Made by a program: the position numbers and the translations under genes
The notes under the pieces: model-generated
Databases searched by the model: none
What the model was told of the DNA's origin: nothing
The model's input: the letters and a program-made list of their open reading frames with translations, nothing else
Source: Raillietiella orientalis
Taxonomy: Eukaryota
Direction: 5' to 3'
Assembly: GCA_036172245.1 (NCBI GenBank)
Contig: JAYWIR010000022.1
Span: 2,046,001 to 2,110,000, forward strand
DNA: 64,000 bases
In this document: positions 58,701 through 64,000 of the stretch, piece by piece
How the letters are laid out: the number at the start of each line of letters is the position of its first letter
Position numbering within the stretch: position 1 is the first letter of the stretch

Positions 58701-61601
58701 GAACCGCTCCCCGAAGGGAGCAGAGCGCTTCCTACACGCTGGATAGGCGACCCCCGAGGGGGCCATCGATTAGAGCCCCCTCGGGGGAACGGCTCCCCCT
58801 TCACAACTGGAAGGAAAATCCGAAGGGAATCGGCGTTCCTTGATTCCTCAAGGACCCTGGAGCAGTTCCAGCCAGTCAGTGGCGCATTCAGGCCGACCAG
58901 CGTCATCTTGCACGGGGCGGACTCGAAACCTGCGACGCACCCCACTCCCCTCCCCATCTCATCTCGGCGTCGAAGGACCCTCGGAGGGGTACACTCCTCA
59001 TTTCCTCTCTGAAGGAACCCTGCGGAAGGGATTCGCTCTTTGTTGGTGTTTTTCCTCCAGAAGAGAGCCCCGAAGGGTCCGCTCCCCGAAGGGTCCGCTC
59101 CCCGAAGGGAGCAACGAGCTTCTGAAAATCTGGAGAAACCACCCCCAAGGGGAGGTATCATCCAACTCCATGGTACGCGGTTCCCTTCTCGCAACCGGAG
59201 GGGAACAGCCCTTCGATTCCTGGAAAGTACCCTAGGGGGTTGACTTCCACTCCCGGAGGCCAGTCAACGGGGACATTCAAACAAGCGCTTCCACCAGTGC
59301 CCCACCAGAAGTCTTCAAGACAACCGGCATCATCTTGCGCGGGGGCAGACCCCCGATTCCTTTTGATGCCCCCTCCATTTCTCGGCACTGACCCCTCCTT
59401 CCCCGGGGCGGGATTCGAACCCGTAACGCTCGGTGCCGCGCGCGCGTAGACTGCAGGCCACGCGACCGCCTGCGTGGGCATCGTTTCTAGGGCAACCTCC
59501 CCGAACCCTCTCTCGGCATTCGCAGAGGACGAAGGGGGGAGGCGGGAACAGCTGAGGGATGGCTGACCGCTGCGACCTCATCTCCACTCCGGAGATGCTG
59601 AGCCCGGACCAGCCTCGGAATTCCGGGCACTCCAAACGTTATCGAATGATCGGGAGCGGGCCGCGAGCGGCAGGTGAAATGGGATGCCCTATCGTCCCGG
59701 TCCAGTCCATCCAGGGGAATGAGCGAATCCGATGGGCGTCCCGGCATCCGCGACGTGGAAGAGGCACTCTGGACCGAGGCGGCGCAGCATGCCAGGCAAC
59801 CCCTCTGCCGCGCGCGACTTGTCCCGCATTGCCAGGTGGCCTCCCTCCTCCGCGCAGGCTTCCCTGAGCCCCATGCACGCAGAACGCGGGGCTCGCGCGA
59901 AGCGCGCCCGACCTTGCGGAAGGAATGCACGTCCGTGCCGGAGCGCCGGGCTTCCCGGAGAAGCGAGAGCGGCCCGTCCACTCCCTGCGAGCGGGTTCAA
60001 CCGGAGTCTGACACCGAGTCCACGCATTGGGGGCGCTGGAAATCTCTCACGAAACGCCACCGAAACTCCCGCTCTCCCGGCTGAAAAAAAAAAAAAAAAA
60101 CGTCCGCATTTGGGAGCGCAAGGAGGCAGCGTCCACAAAAAAAAAGGGGGCCCGGGTAAGGACCGAGCTCGCCGGTCGTGGGTTCCCAGGTGCCGAGAGA
60201 AGGAGGAAACTAGGAAAGAATCCGCTTCTGGAATTTCTTTTCCGGAGAGACCCCCTGAAGGGAACAGCTCCCTGTTTCGTCCCCGAGGAGAACCCCGAAG
60301 GGACTCTTCCCAGTTTCTCGAGACGCGCGCGCGACGGGACGGGACGCACCGCGCTCGACCGGAGGTCGCGGTCGGCTGCCTGGAAGCGTGGCAGGTGTCC
60401 TGGTGTCCAGGGACGACGGCGGTGTGGGGGGAGGAGGAGGATGAGGAGGAGGAGGGGGGAGAGGGCAGTTTCGCGGAGCGCGCCCTCCCTCGGGCCGCCG
60501 AGAAAATCCGCCGCCCCCAGTCTCGTGCGCGGTCGTGGTCGCCGTCGTGCTTGGCCGGAACGACGTGCGAGCTGCCGGGGACACACGCAATTCGAGCGAG
60601 GGAAACGGAGGGGAGGAGGGAGGAAGGGAGGGTCCTTCAGGATGCGATCCCTCCCGTCCTCGGTACCCGAAAAAAAGATCCCGCTCCCACAGCGGGCCGA
60701 TGGAAATCACCGCGGAAGGTAAAAGTTTCACACATGACCAGTTCAAGGTGACAGTTTTCAGAGCCGAACGAGCGCACGTCAGGCGCCGAGCGAGGCAGTC
60801 GTCGCCACGGGAAAAGGAGGCGAAAAAGGAAAAAAGAAAAAAAAAAAAAACGGAGCCCACCCCGTGCCTCCTCGCTCCCGCTGCCCTTCCTCCCTCGTTC
60901 GCCCCGGCACGTCTCACCCTCATTGTTCCTTCTCCCCCCCCTTCCGCGACGCCGACCGCCGCCGCCGCCGCCGCCGCCGCCGCTCGGCTCGCAAATCTCA
61001 GCCGCCAACTCTTCTACTCGCGCGCCCGCTGGCAATAATGTCAGTAGGTCAGCGGTAACAAGGAGCTGCGATCGCTCGCGATTCAAGCGCGAATTTCTCC
61101 TACTTAGGAAGTTCACGGCGAGGGTCCAAGTTCGGCCGGGGGGAAGCGGAAAGGCAGAGGGGGAGAATAAGGCCGACGCTGGCCGGGAGTGCTACGGGAA
61201 GAAGGGGACGGCCGCTCGTTCACTCGGGGGAGGGGGGGGGGGAAGGAGGAAGGCGCGGAAGGAAAAAAAAAAAGAAAAAAAAAAAAGCACAAAACCCGCT
61301 TGTCGCGCAAGGACCGAATCCTGTTGCTATTTGTGGGTCGGAGGGGGGGAGGGGGGAAGGGAACCGGGAAAGGTTATCCCGTTTGTTGCGGCGCTGGGGA
61401 GGCGTGCGCGCAGGAAACGCGCATCGCTCCCGCCTCGTCTACACGGACGACTGACGGCTGCCGCGGCTGCTGCGGCGGAGGCGGCCGCGGATCCGGCAGG
61501 GCTCTTCCGAAAAACACGGAAAAAAGCAGGACTCACCTGGATTCCCTCGGAAGTGGTTCCCATCCACAGGAAAAACGCCAGCTGCTTTCCCTCCCACTCA
61601 T
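37644..61601 (-). CDS. cysu: Gene B: complete animal heme peroxidase, Curly-suppressor (Cysu/CG5873)-like, 19 exons, about 771 aa, probably secreted
   Basis: Exons in transcript order: 61601-61537, 57692-57573, 57515-57442, 57356-57266, 57000-56809, 56363-56167, 55032-54868, 52013-51935, 51890-51745, 51688-51561, 50199-50086, 49829-49697, 48342-48215, 46424-46315, 46042-45944, 41839-41670, 38059-37951, 37890-37803, 37751-37644. Total 2316 nt = 772 codons; all junctions GT-AG and in phase. Motifs: [19 protein letters not shown] (distal His and ester Asp), GELRVNEQ (distal Arg and ester Glu), [10 protein letters not shown] (proximal His), [37 protein letters not shown]. The symbol rests on recalled similarity to Drosophila Cysu, not on a search. 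Exons 1 and 19 are the least certain. Confidence 0.92.
37803..37890 (-). CDS. Gene B exon 18 ([29 protein letters not shown])
   Basis: cctcag acceptor, gtgagc donor; terminal peroxidase motif. Confidence 0.88.
37951..38059 (-). CDS. Gene B exon 17 ([35 protein letters not shown])
   Basis: ttccag acceptor, gtaagt donor. Confidence 0.94.
39445..39665 (+). repeat. GC-rich interspersed repeat family R1 copy (intron 16 of gene B)
   Basis: Exact ggatcctttccgggt (39478-39492 = reverse complement of 58647-58661) and ttcggagacaaccaggg (39574-39590 = reverse complement of 58550-58566). Confidence 0.8.
40085..40240 (+). repeat. Interspersed repeat R2 copy 1 (homologous to 43786-43938)
   Basis: gatggcacc...gcgc(a/g)cctccgtcct...ccttcctcagctccagagaa...tgagagtc...gctgcct(t/g)ggaaac(c/t)acgaac shared. 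Confidence 0.85.
41670..41839 (-). CDS. Gene B exon 16 ([14 protein letters not shown]...[12 protein letters not shown]...[17 protein letters not shown])
   Basis: tgccag acceptor, gtgagt donor. Confidence 0.96.
42440..43010 (-). pseudogene. Intronless RRP6/EXOSC10-like (RNase D family, DEDDy) 3'-5' exonuclease domain with degenerate catalytic residues, nested in intron 15 of gene B
   Basis: ORF 43000-42365: [26 protein letters not shown]...[12 protein letters not shown]...[24 protein letters not shown]...[18 protein letters not shown]...[12 protein letters not shown]...RPM...RDGT. Collinear with the RRP6 consensus FAVDLE...ISTRxEDFIID...LNExFxDPxIxKVFHGADSD...FGLYVVNxFDTxxAARxL...SLxxLLxxYCxV...RPL...RDDT. 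An in-frame TAA lies 5 codons upstream of the ATG. Confidence 0.78.
43786..43938 (+). repeat. Interspersed repeat R2 copy 2
   Basis: See the 40085-40240 entry. Confidence 0.85.
45895..45934. repeat. (CT)n imperfect microsatellite
   Basis: CT-rich run next to the exon 15 donor of gene B. Confidence 0.9.
45944..46042 (-). CDS. Gene B exon 15 ([32 protein letters not shown])
   Basis: ccgtag acceptor, gtaagt donor. Confidence 0.92.
46315..46424 (-). CDS. Gene B exon 14 ([37 protein letters not shown])
   Basis: tttcag acceptor, gtaatc donor; proximal Asn motif. Confidence 0.93.
48215..48342 (-). CDS. Gene B exon 13 ([43 protein letters not shown])
   Basis: ttccag acceptor, gtaggt donor. Confidence 0.93.
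48500..48700 (-). mobile_element. Decayed CR1-like RT C-terminal remnant in intron 12 of gene B
   Basis: [14 protein letters not shown] and [12 protein letters not shown]...IYSE in adjacent frames resemble WSPYLxKDIxxLERVQRRAxKL...YxERL. Confidence 0.35.
49697..49829 (-). CDS. Gene B exon 12 ([44 protein letters not shown])
   Basis: ccccag acceptor, gtgagt donor; proximal His. Confidence 0.96.
50086..50199 (-). CDS. Gene B exon 11 ([38 protein letters not shown])
   Basis: tcttag acceptor, gtaaag donor. Confidence 0.96.
50769..50910 (+). repeat. Interspersed repeat R3 copy 1 (homologous to 53693-53840)
   Basis: aaatgcgatcc..gagcaaaccggatcg..ctctcgtg...tctcccgagatcgcgct(t/c)cggaggatttgt..ggacc(t/c)cttga shared. 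Confidence 0.9.
51561..51688 (-). CDS. Gene B exon 10 ([26 protein letters not shown]...HWNDETLYQ)
   Basis: cctcag acceptor, gtgagc donor; distal Arg and ester Glu. Confidence 0.96.
51745..51890 (-). CDS. Gene B exon 9 ([12 protein letters not shown]...[14 protein letters not shown])
   Basis: gatcag acceptor, gtgagt donor. Confidence 0.93.
51935..52013 (-). CDS. Gene B exon 8 ([27 protein letters not shown])
   Basis: ttatag acceptor, gtaaga donor; 44-nt intron downstream. Confidence 0.92.
53693..53840 (+). repeat. Interspersed repeat R3 copy 2
   Basis: See the 50769-50910 entry. Confidence 0.9.
54868..55032 (-). CDS. Gene B exon 7 ([29 protein letters not shown]...[18 protein letters not shown])
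   Basis: catcag acceptor, gtgagc donor. Confidence 0.93.
55160..55420 (+). mobile_element. Possible decayed LINE RT remnant in intron 6 of gene B
   Basis: [22 protein letters not shown] resembles LxxxQxGFRKxxSTxxALLD. Confidence 0.3.
56167..56363 (-). CDS. Gene B exon 6 ([14 protein letters not shown]...LPNPRLVS...[12 protein letters not shown])
   Basis: gggcag acceptor, gtacag donor; distal His motif. Confidence 0.96.
56809..57000 (-). CDS. Gene B exon 5 ([27 protein letters not shown]...[19 protein letters not shown])
   Basis: ttccag acceptor, gtaaag donor; DGxCNN motif. Confidence 0.95.
57266..57356 (-). CDS. Gene B exon 4 ([29 protein letters not shown])
   Basis: aaatag acceptor, gtgaga donor; phase-compatible; propeptide-like helix. 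Confidence 0.85.
57442..57515 (-). CDS. Gene B exon 3 ([24 protein letters not shown])
   Basis: ctgcag acceptor, gtgagt donor; CITYDAVN resembles the Cysu-type N-terminal motif as recalled. Confidence 0.85.
57573..57692 (-). CDS. Gene B exon 2 ([40 protein letters not shown]), signal-peptide-like
   Basis: atccag acceptor, gtaaga donor; hydrophobic core. Confidence 0.75.
58380..59300. repeat. Long copy of GC-rich repeat family R1 in intron 1 of gene B, with recurrent ccccgaaggg motifs and a 16-bp tandem duplication at 59068-59109
   Basis: Matches 39445-39665 and 32710-32815 (inverted) and 60218-60312 (direct); shares the exact 15-mer ccaactccatggtac (59162-59176) with 196-210; boundaries approximate. 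Confidence 0.65.
59398..59474 (-). mobile_element. tRNA-derived SINE head or tRNA pseudogene
   Basis: B-box GGTTCGAATCC inside a T-arm stem (cggg/cccg) and a loose A-box (tggcctgcagt); no convincing acceptor or anticodon stems. A weaker B-box-like copy lies at about 58910-58938. Confidence 0.45.
60956..60983. repeat. (GCC)n trinucleotide microsatellite
   Basis: About 9 GCC units in intron 1 of gene B. Confidence 0.93.
61537..61601 (-). CDS. Putative gene B exon 1 ([22 protein letters not shown])
   Basis: gagccATGa start context and a strong CAG|GTGAGT donor in phase 2, matching exon 2; no homology support. Confidence 0.55.
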
Positions 61602-62788
61602 GGCTCTCCTGGTGGCTGACCGTCGCTGTGTGCTCACGAATGCCTGTTCGCCAATCCCCGATGTGGCTTCACTCAACTACACCACAATCATAATGACACA
61701 GTTACAGAATTCCTTATTGGAAACTTTCTTGTTCCTGCAGATGCTGGGTTGTTCGGTGGCACGTCAATGTCTGTTCAGTCACTGTGCTACATTCGCCCGC
61801 GAGATACTTCAACCCAATTCACTTTCTTTCTCCGTTAACGACAAATTCCACAGTCAATCTGAAACAACTGAACGTATCGTACGTTCGACGTTATTCAATT
61901 AAATGGTGGAAATCCATCCTGGAACGCAGAGTTTCGTCGGAGGGAAAACAACCCAGAAATCGGAACGCTGTTACTTGAGCAACGTGATTGGGAGGGGGAG
62001 CACAGTTTTATTCCAGCGGTGCATTACGAAAGCTTCGCTAGAATTTGCCTATCTCGATTAAAAGTGACGATTAATTGGCTTCTCCCTTGCACATTTTCGT
62101 CGTCTTGCTAAACTCCTGTCACGAATTCTCGGGCACAGTTTTCCAGTGGTTAATCGAAAAATAAAAATAAATAATGAGCGTTTGTTAGTTTTCTCTCTCT
62201 CTCTCTCTCTCGCTCCTTCTCTTTTTCTCTCTTTCTCTCTGTTTTTCATTCGTTTTTCGTCTTCCGGGAAGATATCTTTTTGCTAATTGCGACTGTGCGC
62301 TTACAGAGAATTCTGACCCCAATTATCATGGTCTCGGAGCTGGCAGTTTCTCCTTACTTTGCGCGATACGTGAAAAACCATGCTGCGCGAAATTAAAATT
62401 TGATACTCGGAAAATCCATCATCCCACCGTTACTCGCACATCCTCCGTATGCTCTTCAAGAAACGCCGGAATATCCTAGTCTGGAAAACTGAAATGTACT
62501 GATCTCGAGTATGAATAAATAATTCATCGAATTTCAAGTTTCGAAGAAATTGCTGCTGATGAAAAGTGCCTTTGAACGACTGCTGGGCAGCGCAGGTAAA
62601 TGGCTAATCAATGGCACAGGAGGTATGGTGATTAACTTATTAATTTCGCGAATTCATTATGATTCGGATTTTCGGTGAGCTGAGTTTTTTTTTCTTTCAG
62701 CAACCCGCGAAAACGAACGCATTCCAGATGGAACGAAATTCAAGCCAAGTTTGTTCCAACAATGAGCTGCATAGACGTTTTCACGGGA

Positions 62789-62971
62789 CTCGTAACAATG
62801 GGGAAACAAGAGCGCTCGTAACCATAGCAGAAGGACGGCGTTCGTAACAATGGAGGAACGACGGTGCTCATAACAACGGGGAAACGATTGCGCTCGTAAC
62901 CATAGCAGAAGGACGGAGTTCGTAACAATGGGAGAACGAGGACGTTTGCAGCAGCGGAGAAACGTTTGGCG
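62789..62971. repeat. 26-bp minisatellite, about 7 units, with 3-monomer (78-bp) higher-order periodicity
   Basis: Units begin (c/t)tc(g/a)taac at 62789, 62815, 62841, 62867, 62893 and 62919, with a degenerate unit at 62945; unit 2 matches unit 5 at 25 of 26 positions. Confidence 0.92.
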
Positions 62972-64000
62972 CGCACGCTAAGGGACGAAGCAAACGAGGG
63001 GACACCCAGAGTTGCCACCAAGGCGAACACGTCCTTTCTACCCTGATCTCTCTGCCCTCGTCTCCACCCTCCCTTGGTCGCATGCACAACCGCTTCATCT
63101 TGGAGCACCTGCTCCCGGCCTTCTCCCGCTAGCTAGTGGAGAGAGGGAAAGGGGAAAAGCGTCCTAGAGCCTAGCGGAAATTCTCGTAGGACCCCAAAGT
63201 TTTCTCTCCTCGTCGTCGCCGGTGCAGACGCTGAACTCACGAGGAGCCATCTCGGCAGGCAGCGGCGGGGGAACTCCCATCGCTTGCAGACCCATCTTGG
63301 TGCGAGCTCGTCCCACCTCCGGTCTGGTGTCCGAGGCTAACGGTACACGTCCGCCGTCATAAATTTGCGAGGCTCCCGAACTACCACTGCCTGGGGTGCG
63401 CGCGCAATAGGGGGAATTTCAAGCTCCACGGAGTGTAAAACGAGCATTGCCAAATTCCCGGGTTGTTCCGCTCAATCCTTTATTGCATCCGAGCGCACTC
63501 ACGATGGCCTCGCGCTCTCCGGGTGTCCCCGTTCCCTTCGCTGTCTCCGCCTTTGCGGTCAAGGGGGGAGAGCAGCTTCGGTGCTGCGGCCACGAAGGTC
63601 CGGGCGCGAGCCGAGGTTTTCCGCTTCCTCCCCGGAAAGACAGGCGAAGGAGTAGATACAGCCGCACCGATCCCAGGGAGTCTGGGACGGGGCGACCGCG
63701 CGAGCAGCCACTTCGTCCTCCGTCCTCCTCCTCTTCCCCTGACCCCTGGCCGTAGGACCGTTGCCTTCCGCACGCGCGGTTCCGTGCTCAAGAGGCGCGC
63801 GAGGCGGCGGCCGCCTCTCGCAGACGAAGGACCTCTGCCCAGCGAAGAGTCCGGAAAGGACCAGAGATGGCACGAGCCTGCGGGAGGCTCGGGGAATCCC
63901 CAGCCTCGCTCGCTCGCCTGCCATCGGCACGTCCCGCCCGCTCGCGGTTTCCGCCAGCCGCCGCGCAGCCCCCACGGCGCGAGCGAAACGCTCGGGGCCT

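Noticed and set aside
62789..62971. CRISPR-like appearance (conserved head with variable tail)
   Set aside because: The period is only 26 bp, the variable parts are related to each other and duplicated, the context is eukaryotic, and there are no cas genes.

Overview
This window is eukaryotic DNA, most likely arthropod and possibly crustacean, with GT-AG spliceosomal genes, so the six-frame ORF track is mostly uninformative. It holds two tail-to-tail paralogous animal heme peroxidase genes (peroxidase-cyclooxygenase superfamily) that resemble the arthropod Curly-suppressor (Cysu/CG5873) type as I recall it; no database search was run. Gene A is on the + strand: its last 11 exons span 724-7849 and its 5' end lies left of the window. 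Gene B is on the - strand: 19 exons spanning 61601-37644, about 771 aa, with all intron phases checked by hand. The two share intron positions except one internal intron and a terminal exon found only in B. Gene A has an altered heme pocket (ester-forming Glu replaced by Gln, and a one-codon deletion next to the proximal His). Other content: an intronless RRP6/EXOSC10-like exonuclease ORF with a degenerate active site nested in intron 15 of gene B; a decayed mitochondrial nad5 insertion (NUMT) near 22.8-23.2 kb; many heavily decayed non-LTR reverse transcriptase remnants; several unclassified interspersed repeats; a tRNA-like SINE head; a 26-bp minisatellite with higher-order structure; and a sharp GC/CpG mosaic. 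I found no prokaryotic operons, CRISPR arrays or intact transposons.
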